In this document: in pieces, positions 47,390-57,471 of the stretch
How positions within the stretch are numbered: position 1 is the first letter of the stretch
Layout: each line of letters starts with the position of its first letter
NCBI GenBank assembly: GCA_964658415.1
Contig: CAZZZI010000002.1
Span: 2,391-66,390 of the forward strand
Direction: 5' to 3'
Origin: an uncultured Sphingomonas sp.
GTDB taxonomy: Bacteria > Pseudomonadota > Alphaproteobacteria > Rhizobiales > Rhizobiaceae
Length of the DNA: 64,000 nucleotides
The notes under the pieces: generated by a model
Database searches by the model: none
The model's input: the letters and a program-made list of their open reading frames with translations, nothing else
Told to the model about the DNA's origin: nothing
Position numbers and translations under genes: made by a program

Positions 47390-48192
47390 GCTCCTTCGAC
47401 AGTTTCGGCAGGCGCGGCACCGTAGGCCAGCCCGTCGTGGAGGATACGATGCAGGAACTGCTTGAGCCGGTCGCTCTGGGGGTTGCGCAGGATATCCGGC
47501 GTCCCGGTTTCGGCGATCACGCCCTTGTCGAAGAACAGGACGCGCGAGGAGACGTCGCGGGCAAAAGCTATCTCGTGGGTAACCAGCAGCATGGTCATGC
47601 CTTCAGCGGCAAGCGAGGCCATCAGTACGAGCACTTCATGCACGAGTTCCGGGTCGAGCGCCGAGGTGACCTCGTCGAACAGCATCAGCCGCGGCTTCAT
47701 GGCCAGCGCCCGGACGATGGCGACGCGCTGCTGCTGGCCGCCGGAGAGCCGGGCCGGATAGCTGTGACGCTTTTCGTAGAGACCGATCCGCGATAGAAGC
47801 CCTTCGGCCTCGGCGATCGCCTGCGCCTTCGGCAATCTGAGCAGTGCCATCGGCGCATGGATGACGTTTTCCAAAACGGTCATGTGCGGCCAGAGATTGT
47901 AGCTCTGGAAGACCATGCCGATCCGCTGGCGAAGCGACTGCATCTGTGCCGGTGTCGGCAGGAACCTGGATTCGGCGCGGAAATCGAAGGACAGCTCCAC
48001 GAATTTCAGGAAGCCGGACTGCGGCATTTCCATTCCGTTGATGGCGCGCAGGAAGGTGCTCTTTCCCGAGCCGCTCGCGCCGATAATCGACACGACTTCG
48101 CCGGCCTGGACGTCAAGCGAGACGCCCTTCAGCACCTCGTTGTCGCCAAAACTTTTGCGAATGTCCTTGAGAGAAAGGAGAGGCGCGGTCAT
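47386..48192 (-). CDS. Amino-acid ABC ATP-binding protein
   Basis: [28 protein letters not shown]. Confidence 0.95.
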   Translation of the reverse strand: MTAPLLSLKDIRKSFGDNEVLKGVSLDVQAGEVVSIIGASGSGKSTFLRAINGMEMPQSGFLKFVELSFDFRAESRFLPTPAQMQSLRQRIGMVFQSYNLWPHMTVLENVIHAPMALLRLPKAQAIAEAEGLLSRIGLYEKRHSYPARLSGGQQQRVAIVRALAMKPRLMLFDEVTSALDPELVHEVLVLMASLAAEGMTMLLVTHEIAFARDVSSRVLFFDKGVIAETGTPDILRNPQSDRLKQFLHRILHDGLAYGAAPAETVEGA

Positions 48193-48812
48193 GCAGAGAC
48201 CTCCGTATAGTCGTCAACGATGCGGACAGAGACGTCCCTGGGGGTACGGTCGTCGCCGTTGATCAAGGTTACGTCCTGCGGACAGGCTGAAAGCACCAGC
48301 AGCAGATCCATTTCGGCGCGCAATGCAACACGATCTCCTGCCTTCGACGCCGGCGCATGGCGCTCGACACTGCCATCGGCATGGACGGAAACATTCATGA
48401 AGACATTCAGCGACGCGGGCGTGAACGGCAAGGTTTTCGCCTTTTGCGAAAGCGCCTCGTGAAAATTGTCGGAGCAGCTACGATGATATTCTTGGCAGCC
48501 AAGCTGCTGGTAGAGCTCCGAATTGCAAGGGCACAGCAGCGTATCGTGACGAAGCGCAGCACTGTCATCGACCAGTGTCATCATCGGACGACGCCGGTTG
48601 CTGACAAGCATCATTCCCTTTTCGAAATAGATATTGCTGTTTACGGAGCGGGTGTGATCCATCGAACTGAACTCCGATGGATCGACGGTCGACAATGCCC
48701 AGGTATCCACGACTTGATTTCCGTGCGCATTGGTTATGACGGCAACCTGCCCTGCCCGCATATCGAATGCGCGACCTTGGCTTGCCGGCACGATCTCTGA
48801 ACTTCCAGTCAT
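48189..48812 (-). CDS. DUF1989 (urea-carboxylase-associated) protein
   Basis: [35 protein letters not shown]. Confidence 0.88.
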   Translation of the reverse strand: MTGSSEIVPASQGRAFDMRAGQVAVITNAHGNQVVDTWALSTVDPSEFSSMDHTRSVNSNIYFEKGMMLVSNRRRPMMTLVDDSAALRHDTLLCPCNSELYQQLGCQEYHRSCSDNFHEALSQKAKTLPFTPASLNVFMNVSVHADGSVERHAPASKAGDRVALRAEMDLLLVLSACPQDVTLINGDDRTPRDVSVRIVDDYTEVSA

Positions 48813-48903
48813 TCTCACTTACCTGATGATATGCGAGCCGCGCGGTCTGCCGGCCAACACTCGAGAGATTTATGGCATCTCGCCTCGCTTGCCAGAAAGC
48901 CTA

Positions 48904-49070
48904 TTCAGTATACCGCTGGAATTCAAGCATCAATTTCAGATGTTTATGTCCGTTGCATGGTGAAATCACCCATCGGCCTGATCTAATTGATTAAATTTTC
49001 ATCGCGATTATTTTGTGGACAATGGAAGCCGGCCGTTTGATTGACTTCGGGACACGGTTGGTGTACCGAA
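48904..49070. promoter_or_regulatory. Two candidate GntR operators in a divergent promoter
   Basis: TTCAGTATACC at 48904-48914; reverse complement of 49052-49070 = TTCGGTACACCAACCGTGT. Confidence 0.6.
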
Positions 49071-49188
49071 AACTTCCAAAGGCGTCGATGGGATCTCAAG
49101 CAACCGATCCACTGCCCTGGATGTCACGTATATTCGGACTTGAAAGCGGCCGTTGTTCCGCGTTGATTGGCGCCGTCAGGAGATTGAA

Positions 49189-50367
49189 ATGACCCGTTAT
49201 TTCCCGCAGCACGAATATGAGGACCGTTGGGCCAGTGTTCTGAGCGAGATGCAGTCCCGCAGCTTCGAGACCGCCGTCGTTTTCGGTCGTGGCGGAGGCA
49301 CAACGGACAACTGCGGCGACATCCTCTACCTCTCGAACCATTACGCCATCAGTGGCGGTACGGATTCGCTGCTCTGGTCGGCTCGCTCCTTCTCCGGCAT
49401 CATCCTGCAACGGGGCAAAGAGCCTCAGCTCCACATCGACGAGCCTGAGGTTCGCACCGATCTCGTGTCCATCTCAGATGCGCACTGCTCGAATCATCCC
49501 TTCCGGAGCGTTGCAAAGGCGCTCAACGAAAGGGGTGTCACCGGGCGCGTTGCGTTGGTGGGTACGCAGTTCATTCCCATGAAGTACTATCAGCAGCTTC
49601 TTGAGGTCTCGCCCGACATTCAATGGATCCCCGCCGACGATCTCGTGCGGTCGGCACGACGGATCAAGAGCCCCCTGGAGCAGGACTGCTACCGCATCGG
49701 CGGCGAGACTGCCACGGCCGGCCTGAACCGCCTGATGGAAGGCCTGATCAGCGGCCTCTCCGAGCGGGAAGCGGCTGGAGAGGCGGCGCGTGAAGTGGTG
49801 CGTCGCGGCGGCCGGATACAGATGATTGGGACCAACCATGGCGAGACGCTCGGCTTCGACCAGCGCTTTCCGCTGACAGGCTACAGCGCCGATACGCCGA
49901 AGCCCGGAGATATTGTCACTGGAACCCTGCATGGCGCCCTTTACCAGGGCTATTACCTCGATCCTGGCCGGACCGGCGTCCGCGGCAAGCCGACCGCGGA
50001 CCAGCGCCGCCTCATCGAGGCGGCGGCAGACCTTGTGCAACGCCTTTCGGCGATGATGCGTCCGGGCACCAGGCTTCTCGATGTCGCCGCAGAAGGCGAC
50101 CGGCTGACGGCGGCATTTGGCGGATCTATCTCGCCGATCATGAAGAATTTTCCCTTTTACGGGCACGGGATCGGTCTTGGATTCGAACAACCGCGCATCT
50201 CCACGGTCATGTCGCTGCCTGAAGATGTGGTCGACGAAAACATGGTATTCGGCGTCGAGGCATTCCTGTCGCTGGATGGCGTTGGTGCGGCCTTCTACGA
50301 AGACATCCTCATCATCGGCAAGGACAGCAACGAGTTGCTGACGCGTTCCCCGGCGCATTGGTGGTAG
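49189..50367 (+). CDS. M24-family (creatinase/Xaa-Pro peptidase fold) hydrolase
   Basis: RRIKS..E, GYYLDPGRT, GHGIGL, VFGVE, YEDI. Confidence 0.88.
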   Translation: MTRYFPQHEYEDRWASVLSEMQSRSFETAVVFGRGGGTTDNCGDILYLSNHYAISGGTDSLLWSARSFSGIILQRGKEPQLHIDEPEVRTDLVSISDAHCSNHPFRSVAKALNERGVTGRVALVGTQFIPMKYYQQLLEVSPDIQWIPADDLVRSARRIKSPLEQDCYRIGGETATAGLNRLMEGLISGLSEREAAGEAAREVVRRGGRIQMIGTNHGETLGFDQRFPLTGYSADTPKPGDIVTGTLHGALYQGYYLDPGRTGVRGKPTADQRRLIEAAADLVQRLSAMMRPGTRLLDVAAEGDRLTAAFGGSISPIMKNFPFYGHGIGLGFEQPRISTVMSLPEDVVDENMVFGVEAFLSLDGVGAAFYEDILIIGKDSNELLTRSPAHWW

Positions 50368-50436
50368 GCCCGAAAGCGGCCCTTCCCGGCTCCCAATGAA
50401 TAGCAGACCGGCGACCATGGGCCGCCGGTTTCATTT

Positions 50437-50850
50437 CTAGTGGGCGAAGACGCCGTCGAAATCCTTGAATCCCTTGACTTCGATCGGGTTGCCGCTCGGA
50501 TCGAAGAAGAACATCGTCCGCTGCTCGCCCGGCTCGCCTTCGAACCGCACGACCGGCGGGATGTCGAAGGCGATACCTGCATCCTGCAGGCGCTTCGACA
50601 GGGCAAGCCAGGCGTCCAGCGGCAGCACGACGCCGAGATGCGGCATCATCACCATGTGATCGCCAACCTTGCCGGTGCGGGTCACCTCGAACGGCTTGCC
50701 AAGATGCAGGGAGATCTGGTGGCCGAAGAAATCGAAATCCACCCAGGTGTCGGTGGATCGGCCTTCTTCGCAACCCAGCACGCCGCCGTAGAACTGGCGC
50801 GATTGATCGAGATCGGTGACGTGGTAGGCCAGATGGAAAAGCGAACGCAT
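50437..50850 (-). CDS. VOC/glyoxalase family protein
   Basis: FHLAY, GCEEGRS..WVDFDFFGHQ, PHLG, DPSGNPIEVK. Confidence 0.9.
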   Translation of the reverse strand: MRSLFHLAYHVTDLDQSRQFYGGVLGCEEGRSTDTWVDFDFFGHQISLHLGKPFEVTRTGKVGDHMVMMPHLGVVLPLDAWLALSKRLQDAGIAFDIPPVVRFEGEPGEQRTMFFFDPSGNPIEVKGFKDFDGVFAH

Positions 50851-50895
50851 GTTGGGCTCCTTTGCGTGTTGAAATGCGAAATTACAAGATGGCTT

Positions 50896-52062
50896 TCATC
50901 GGATCGTCAGATCACGGGGCAGGTTTGAAAGCGGTTCGATACCGTTCTCCGTCACAATGACGGTTTCGGACGCGCCCACCGTCCAGACCCCGTAGCTGCG
51001 CAGGGTTGCCGGCAGGTGGAATACCATCCCGGGCTCGATAGGCCTGTCGACGCCCGAGAACAGGCTGAGCATTCCGCCTTCGCCCCAGTCAGGCGCAAAA
51101 GCGATCCCCATTGAGTAACCGATCCGCTTACGGAAGGCGGCGGTGTAGCCAGCCTGATCAATAATCCGCTGTGCTGCCTCGTGTGGTGCGGCACAGGAAG
51201 CACCGGGCGTTATCGCCGATAGCGCGGCATCGAGTACGGTCAGCGAGCAATCCATCATGCGTCGAGCTTCGATGGGCGGCTGACCGATCCAGACGGTGCG
51301 CATCAGCGCCGCATGATAGCGCGCATGACTGCCGGCGAGCTCGAGAAAGACCGCGTCGCCGGCTTCAAGACGACGGCGGCGCCATGTCATGTGCGGCATG
51401 CCGCTGCGAGGCCCGGAAGAGACCAGCGGCTCCATCGCCATCACCTCGGATCCGGCCCGCGTGGCGGCACTCAGCATGTCGGCAGCAATGGCGTTTTCGT
51501 CGGTGCCTGCGCCACAGGCAGAGATTCCGGCGGAAAGGCCCGCCTGGGCATAGGTTGCGGCCAGCCTGATGGCTGCAAGTTCCGCCGCCGACTTCACTGT
51601 CCTCAGCGGCACGAGAATGCCGGAGCCGTCTGGAATGGCTTCGGCACCGATTTCAACGGCGATCCTTTGTGCCAGCACAGGAGGCAAGAACCAGCCCGAA
51701 AGCTCGATGGCCGGTCGCCTGATGCCGCGTTCACGCAGAAGCAACGCCAGCATGGCAGCTGGCTCCTCGCCATCCTGATAGGCAACGATATCGTCCAGCC
51801 AGGTATTGGCGATCGAGCCGATCACCTCCAGTTGGCGGACCAGCAGTGTCGGCTCGCCATTGGCGGGCACGATCAGCGCCTGGAAGGCGAAATAGCCCGC
51901 CGTCTGGCGACCCGTCAGCCAGTAGATGTTTTCCGGCGTCGTGACGATCAGTGCTTCGTATCCGGCTGCATTGATGGCAGCCCGCGCCCGGGCCTGTCTT
52001 GCCTTGAACTCGTTTTCGGGGAAAGAGGCTTCGCAACCTCGAAATTCGGCAAACTCAGGCAT
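50896..52062 (-). CDS. M24-fold amidohydrolase, ectoine hydrolase/creatinase-like
   Basis: FPENEF..R, PENIYWLTG, ELAG..ARYHAALMRT, GYSMG, VFH, ASET; canonical metal ligands absent, as in DoeA/creatinase. Confidence 0.85.
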   Translation of the reverse strand: MPEFAEFRGCEASFPENEFKARQARARAAINAAGYEALIVTTPENIYWLTGRQTAGYFAFQALIVPANGEPTLLVRQLEVIGSIANTWLDDIVAYQDGEEPAAMLALLLRERGIRRPAIELSGWFLPPVLAQRIAVEIGAEAIPDGSGILVPLRTVKSAAELAAIRLAATYAQAGLSAGISACGAGTDENAIAADMLSAATRAGSEVMAMEPLVSSGPRSGMPHMTWRRRRLEAGDAVFLELAGSHARYHAALMRTVWIGQPPIEARRMMDCSLTVLDAALSAITPGASCAAPHEAAQRIIDQAGYTAAFRKRIGYSMGIAFAPDWGEGGMLSLFSGVDRPIEPGMVFHLPATLRSYGVWTVGASETVIVTENGIEPLSNLPRDLTIR

Positions 52063-52132
52063 TTCACATTACTCGGTTCAGGCGATAGTGTCTCGCGATC
52101 GAGACAGTGAAGTGGATGTCGGCGCAAACGGC

Positions 52133-52765
52133 TTATGGTCGAGCAAGCCAGCCTAAAAACCGGCTGCGGACGCTGTCGAAATGGGCTTCCATCGCCGCGG
52201 CTGCAGCTGTCGGGTCCTGCGCCTCGATGGCGGCGATGACCGCGATATGCTCGGCCGCCTGCTCGGCAAAGCGGTCATGCGTGCGGGTGATCGTGCAGCG
52301 CCGGGCAATACTGCGCATCTCCCTCAGCATGTCAGGCAGAAGATGCAGGCCGGCGGCCTCGGCGACGGCCTCGTGGAAGGCATCGTCATCCATCCAGAAA
52401 CGATCAAAGGCGACATCCTTGCCTTCGACATAGGCCTGCATGATCTGCCGCGATTGCTCAAGGGCCGGCGTCATCGGACGGCCGGCGGCGCGGGCGGCGG
52501 CGGCACCCTCGATCATGCGACGGACCTGGACGATTTCCAGCAACTGCTCGACGGTCACCGGCAGCACCATCAACGTCCCGTTGGCAAGGCGCGAAACGAC
52601 GCCCTCCTTCTGCAGCCGCGATATGGCGGCACGAAGTGGCGTCCGCGAAATGCCGGATTCGATCGCCAGCGTCCGCTCGGTCAGAAGATCGCCAGCCTTG
52701 ATGGCACCTTCGAGAATCCGTTGCTTGACGTCCTTGTAGGCCTGCTGTGCGAGGGTTTCGCTCAT
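52133..52765 (-). CDS. GntR (FCD) regulator
   Basis: AY, ERTLA, SRTPLRAA, FH, EH. Confidence 0.92.
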   Translation of the reverse strand: MSETLAQQAYKDVKQRILEGAIKAGDLLTERTLAIESGISRTPLRAAISRLQKEGVVSRLANGTLMVLPVTVEQLLEIVQVRRMIEGAAAARAAGRPMTPALEQSRQIMQAYVEGKDVAFDRFWMDDDAFHEAVAEAAGLHLLPDMLREMRSIARRCTITRTHDRFAEQAAEHIAVIAAIEAQDPTAAAAAMEAHFDSVRSRFLGWLARP

Positions 52766-52775
52766 TGTTCTACTC

Positions 52776-54017
52776 TCACGATCTCGACCAGGCATGATGC
52801 AGAACCTTGACGGCCTGCACCAGATCCTCGGGATTCATGGCCTCGTCCGGATTATGACTGCCATTCCAGTTACGCAGAAAAACCATGACCGATTCCCAGC
52901 CGGCCTGAGCGAAGGCAGCCGCATCGTGGCCACCACCGGACAACATCATCCGAGGCTTGAGGCTAAGGCTGGCCGCTGCATGGCCTATCGTCTGCCCTAG
53001 TTCCGAAGACAGGCGAGTGGGCTGGCTTCGTGACTGGAGACCGGTTACGACGCGCACGCCCCTTGCCCGCTCGACCTTGCCGATCTCGTCCTGAAAGATC
53101 CCGTCGACCCGCTCCAGGACGGCATTGTCGTCGCTGCGGATATCAATGCAGAAATCGACGCGTCCCGGGACCTTGGCAAACGCATGTTCGGCCGTCGCCG
53201 CATCAACCCGCCCGAAGGTCACGGCGAGGTCATGTCCTTCGCCGAGCACGATACCCCAGGCCTTGTCCATGGCGACGATCAGATCCGCGAGCGCAAACAC
53301 GGCATCCGATCTCGCGGCACGCGGCGCGCCGCCGGAGTGCGCCCAGACGCCCTCGATACGGGCATCCCGATAGCGCAGGCCGCCACGCACGCCGTGAACA
53401 ATCCCGAACGCCTCGCCGGCGTCATCGAGGACTGGCCCCTGCTCGATATGGAGCTCGACGAAACGAGCCGGCGCCAGACCCTCATTTCGCAGCACCGCGG
53501 AGGGGTCCCCTCCCTGCTCGCGCATATGATCAGCCAGGGTGCGGCCAGTGTCGGCGCGCCCGGCCTGCATCTCTGCCGCCGTCATTCGGCCAAGGGCCGA
53601 TCGCGAACCGATATAGGACACGGGAAACCAGACGCTTTCTTCGGCACGGGTCACCATCACGACAAGATCGGTGGGTGGCAATTCGCCGCTCTTCACGAAG
53701 GCTGTTGCCAGCGCCATGGCACCTGCGACACCAGCCTGACCATCATAGGCGCCACCCATCGAAACCGTATCCAGGTGGGACCCGATGTAAAGCGCCGGCG
53801 CCTGCCGGTCCCTGCCCGGCAGCCGGGCATAGAGGTTCAACGCCGCATCGCGGCTGACCTCGAGGCCGAGGGTCGCAGCCTCGTCGGCGATCACCCGATG
53901 GGCTTCGCTTTCCAGATCACTATAGGATGGTCGCGTGTATCCCGGCCCCGGAGCAGAAATCCCGTTGATCTTCTCCAGCAGCCGCTCGACCGTCTCCCTG
54001 ATCAGCACTTCGGTCAT
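52776..54017 (-). CDS. Zn-dependent M20 carbamoylase/allantoate amidohydrolase family
   Basis: GSHLDTV..GGAYDG..G, EES, ELHIEQGP, GHDA, SHNPDE. Confidence 0.92.
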   Translation of the reverse strand: MTEVLIRETVERLLEKINGISAPGPGYTRPSYSDLESEAHRVIADEAATLGLEVSRDAALNLYARLPGRDRQAPALYIGSHLDTVSMGGAYDGQAGVAGAMALATAFVKSGELPPTDLVVMVTRAEESVWFPVSYIGSRSALGRMTAAEMQAGRADTGRTLADHMREQGGDPSAVLRNEGLAPARFVELHIEQGPVLDDAGEAFGIVHGVRGGLRYRDARIEGVWAHSGGAPRAARSDAVFALADLIVAMDKAWGIVLGEGHDLAVTFGRVDAATAEHAFAKVPGRVDFCIDIRSDDNAVLERVDGIFQDEIGKVERARGVRVVTGLQSRSQPTRLSSELGQTIGHAAASLSLKPRMMLSGGGHDAAAFAQAGWESVMVFLRNWNGSHNPDEAMNPEDLVQAVKVLHHAWSRS

Positions 54018-54961
54018 GCGGGCACTCCCGATGGGTCGTTGAGCGCTGTTGCCGGACGCTCGCCGGAGAGCGCCGTCAGCACGTTGCGAGCCGAACCGAC
54101 CGCAACGCGCCGCAGGGCTTCCTCGGTTGCCCCGCCAAGATGCGGGGTGAAAATCACACGCCTGCTCGCCGCTAGAGGGCCAAGCGGCGCATCATGGGTG
54201 TAGACATCCAAGCCAGCGGCAAAGACACGACCGTCATTGATCGCAACAGCCAGTGCTGCTTCGTCGACAAGGCCCGCGCGGGCGGTATTGACGAGGATCG
54301 CCCTGGGCTTGATGACCGAAAGCGCCGTCTCGCCGATCAGATGTCGCGTTTCCGGACGCAGCGGCGTGTGCAGCGACACCAGATCCGCCTGGGAAAGGCC
54401 GGCTTCAAGGCTGGTTATCCGCTCGAAACCCTGCAGGTCGGAAACACGCGGTGAATAGACCAGCACGCGCATGCCGAGCGCGGCCTTGAGCATGTGGCCG
54501 AGCCCAGCACCAGTTGCACCGAAACCGATGATGAGTGCCGTCTTGCCTGACAGTTCGAGAAATCTATCGCGGTCGCGAAACCCATGAAGCCCGCCGCGCT
54601 CACTGCGGTCGGCCGCCGGAATGCATCGGGCAGCCGCCAGTGCCAGTGCCAGCGCCAGTTCGGAGACCGATCGCGCATTGGCACCCGGCGTATTGCATAC
54701 GAGGACGCCCTTGCGCGAAGCCGCTTCCTTGTCGACCGCATCGTGGCCTGCGCCATGGACGACAACGACACGCAGGACGTCGCCTGCCTCTATCGCTGCC
54801 GCCGACAGGCCGGCGTCGCGGGTGATGACCGCCTCACAACCGGGGATCATCTGCGCCACAGTCTCCATGTCCGGCTTCGGGCAAAGCACCGGCTCGATGC
54901 CGGCCTGGCGCAACAGATCAAGCCCATCGGCATGAACGGGCTGAATGATAAGGCACTTCAT
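54014..54961 (-). CDS. D-isomer 2-hydroxyacid dehydrogenase (SerA-like)
   Basis: NTPGAN.RSVSE, GFGATG, HTPL, NTARA, TPHLGG. Confidence 0.9.
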   Translation of the reverse strand: MKCLIIQPVHADGLDLLRQAGIEPVLCPKPDMETVAQMIPGCEAVITRDAGLSAAAIEAGDVLRVVVVHGAGHDAVDKEAASRKGVLVCNTPGANARSVSELALALALAAARCIPAADRSERGGLHGFRDRDRFLELSGKTALIIGFGATGAGLGHMLKAALGMRVLVYSPRVSDLQGFERITSLEAGLSQADLVSLHTPLRPETRHLIGETALSVIKPRAILVNTARAGLVDEAALAVAINDGRVFAAGLDVYTHDAPLGPLAASRRVIFTPHLGGATEEALRRVAVGSARNVLTALSGERPATALNDPSGVPA

Positions 54962-55599
54962 GCCTTGGTCCTTTCGATGGATAGCGCAAGTCTTTCAAGG
55001 ATGGCATCACGTGCATGGTTGATGTGCTCGGCCATCAGCAGGCCGGCCCGCTCGCCGTCGCCGGCCCGCAACGCGTCCAGCATATCCAGATGCTCTTCGC
55101 AGCTCTTCAGGAAGCGGTGGGGCAGATTGCTGTGGTCGAACATGCAGGTACGGCGACGCAGGTCGGCGATGGTGCTGACCAGCATCTCACTGCGGGTCGA
55201 AAACGCAAATGTCCGATGCAGATCATCGTCGACGCGGCGCTGCTCGTCGTCCTCACCGGGGCCGTGCTCCTGCAAGTGGCGAATCCGAGCATCGAGATCA
55301 TCGAGAACGGACCTGGCGACCGAAGTCGCCTGCCTGGCACAATGGGCCTCCAGCACGCCGCGCAGGAAAAAGATCTCTTCGACCTCCTCTGCGGTCAGCC
55401 TGCGCACCTTCAGAAACCGGCCGTCCTGTACGGCGAGGCCTTCTGCCTCGATCCGCTTGATGGCCTCGCGCACGGGCGTGCGCGACATATCCAGTATCTC
55501 GCCCAGCTTTGCTTCCTGCAGCGCATCGCCCGGCATCAGCATGCCGGACAGGACCATCTCGATGATCTTTCCATAGGCCTGTTGGGCAAGCTGGCTCAT
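54958..55599 (-). CDS. GntR (FCD) regulator
   Basis: SRTPVREA, FCD C-terminus with EEH. Confidence 0.92.
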   Translation of the reverse strand: MSQLAQQAYGKIIEMVLSGMLMPGDALQEAKLGEILDMSRTPVREAIKRIEAEGLAVQDGRFLKVRRLTAEEVEEIFFLRGVLEAHCARQATSVARSVLDDLDARIRHLQEHGPGEDDEQRRVDDDLHRTFAFSTRSEMLVSTIADLRRRTCMFDHSNLPHRFLKSCEEHLDMLDALRAGDGERAGLLMAEHINHARDAILERLALSIERTKA

Positions 55600-56567
55600 T
55601 GCGGCATGTCTCCCGGCTGATCGCCGCCCGTCGGTTTTTCAACCAGGTTTGCAATAATATCCCGCAAGGCCTGTCGTTCCGCGATCAGCAATTCTTCGGC
55701 TTGTTCCTGTGAAATGACGGCAAAACGGATAGCCTGGCCGCTTGGTGTCTGTGCCAGCCGCGGCAGATCGACGGAGGCGACAGTCGCGATCTTGGGATAG
55801 CCGCCGGCTGTCTGCCGCTCTGCCATCAAGACCAGCAATTTGCCGGAAGACGGCACCTGGATGGAGCCCGGGCAGGTTCCGTCGGAGACAATATCATGCC
55901 CTCCATCCGCCAGGATTGGAGCCCCGTCCAGCACCTGCGCCATGCGATCCCGTGTCGGGGAAATGATGAAAGGTGTCTCCACATATGTCTGCAGGGTCTT
56001 TTCGCTGAAACAATCGTGCTGGGGGCCACACACGACCTGAATTGGCCGCTTGCTCCGACGCCATGGCCGCTGCATGGCCAGATTTGCAAAAAGTGGGTGT
56101 TCGCCGACCGGCAGGCGGTCGCCGGGTTGCAGCCGACGCCCCTCAAGGCCGCCAAGCCCACTGCGAAGATGGGTGGAACGGGAGCCAAGCACCGGTGTTA
56201 GGTCGATGCCGCCAGAGACGGCAAGATATCCCCACACGCATTCACGCAAGGCACCGATCGTCAACGTCACTCCCGGCAAAAGGTCGTAGCTTTCCCAGGC
56301 GTGCACCTTCACCCCGTCGAGCCTGATATCGACATCACCGCCGGTGACTGCGAAGCGCAGCGGCATTGTGGTGGTGAAGCTGCCACCGACGCCCGCGAAT
56401 TCCAGACCAGCGGCGGCGGAATCATTGCCGACAAGGGCATTGGCGATAGAGAAGGACGGCTTATCCATCGGACCAGAACCCGAAACGCCGGCATGCTGCA
56501 TGCCCTTTCGGCCAAGATCCTGAACCGTTGCCATCGGTCCGATCTGATTGATGACGAGGAAACTCAT
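55596..56567 (-). CDS. pxpC: 5-oxoprolinase/allophanate hydrolase subunit C
   Basis: TVQDLGR, GSRSTH, GSIQVP, QTAGGYPKI. Confidence 0.9.
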   Translation of the reverse strand: MSFLVINQIGPMATVQDLGRKGMQHAGVSGSGPMDKPSFSIANALVGNDSAAAGLEFAGVGGSFTTTMPLRFAVTGGDVDIRLDGVKVHAWESYDLLPGVTLTIGALRECVWGYLAVSGGIDLTPVLGSRSTHLRSGLGGLEGRRLQPGDRLPVGEHPLFANLAMQRPWRRSKRPIQVVCGPQHDCFSEKTLQTYVETPFIISPTRDRMAQVLDGAPILADGGHDIVSDGTCPGSIQVPSSGKLLVLMAERQTAGGYPKIATVASVDLPRLAQTPSGQAIRFAVISQEQAEELLIAERQALRDIIANLVEKPTGGDQPGDMPQ

Positions 56568-57289
56568 CGTAGTGCCCCCACCTCGATCGCCTGCCCTGCA
56601 GCAACTGCCCGGTCAAGGGCAACGGCCTCATCTTCGCTGACGGGCCGGAACCACACCCGATCACCGGCCTTGAGAAGAAACGGTTCGGGGCGCGCCGGGT
56701 CAAACAGCCGAAATGGCGTCCGACCGAGGAACCGCCAGCCGCTTGGCCCGGGAACGGAGTTGATGCTCGCCTGCTTTCCGCCGATGCCGATCGCGCTTGC
56801 CTCGATCCTTTGACGCGGTGTGGCGAGGCGAGGCGTATGCAAAATATTCGGCAGGCCACCGAGATAGGCAAAGCCCGGCGCAAAACCGATCATGTAGACA
56901 CGATATTCTACCGACGAATGGAGTTCGATCAGTTGCGGTATGGTCAGCCCCTTCATGTCCGCAAGCTCCTGCAGATCCATCCCGACCGCGCCGCCATAGA
57001 CAACCGGCACATCGAAATGCCGCACACGGGCATTGCTGACGACGAGAGTTTCGAGCCGTTGGCGCAGCATCGCCGCAAGGTTTGCTCCGCGGATCGTCTC
57101 GGGATCATAGAACACCGTCAGCGAACGGTAGGTCGGCACAAGCTCCTCGATACCGCTTACGGGGATATCCGTAAGGCTCTGCGCAAGAGCGATGACGCGG
57201 TCGCTGACGACCTCTTCGATGGTATCGGAAAGCTCGACGGACAAGGCGCTGTCGCCGCAAGCAAGGATGCGCGGAAACGTCTTGACCAT
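56564..57289 (-). CDS. pxpB: 5-oxoprolinase subunit B
   Basis: VPTYRSL, VPVVYGG, GFAPGFAYLG, PSGW..LGRT. Confidence 0.9.
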   Translation of the reverse strand: MVKTFPRILACGDSALSVELSDTIEEVVSDRVIALAQSLTDIPVSGIEELVPTYRSLTVFYDPETIRGANLAAMLRQRLETLVVSNARVRHFDVPVVYGGAVGMDLQELADMKGLTIPQLIELHSSVEYRVYMIGFAPGFAYLGGLPNILHTPRLATPRQRIEASAIGIGGKQASINSVPGPSGWRFLGRTPFRLFDPARPEPFLLKAGDRVWFRPVSEDEAVALDRAVAAGQAIEVGALR

Positions 57290-57354
57290 TGTATGCAATT
57301 CCCTTCGTCTCGAACAGACAGGTGCGATTCCTGCTTCTCCTAGCCTATTGCTAT

Positions 57355-57373
57355 TTCAGTATACCAACTGTAT
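57355..57373. promoter_or_regulatory. Candidate GntR operator in the pxpB/pxpA divergent promoter
   Basis: TTCAGTATACCAACTGTAT, 15/19 identical to the site at 49052-49070. Confidence 0.6.
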
Positions 57374-57471
57374 GTCAACTGAAGCCTCTGTCAACAGCCC
57401 GATCGACGTAAACTCTGTTGAGGCGAAATGATCGCCGGAAGACCAGACCATCCTGCAAGGAGTTCTATCGC

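Noticed and set aside
48813-49188. Possible guanidine riboswitch upstream of the DUF1989/ureohydrolase operon
   Set aside because: No ykkC, paired ACGR-loop or guanidine-III pattern recognised by eye; GntR-like boxes explain regulation better. An Rfam scan would settle it.
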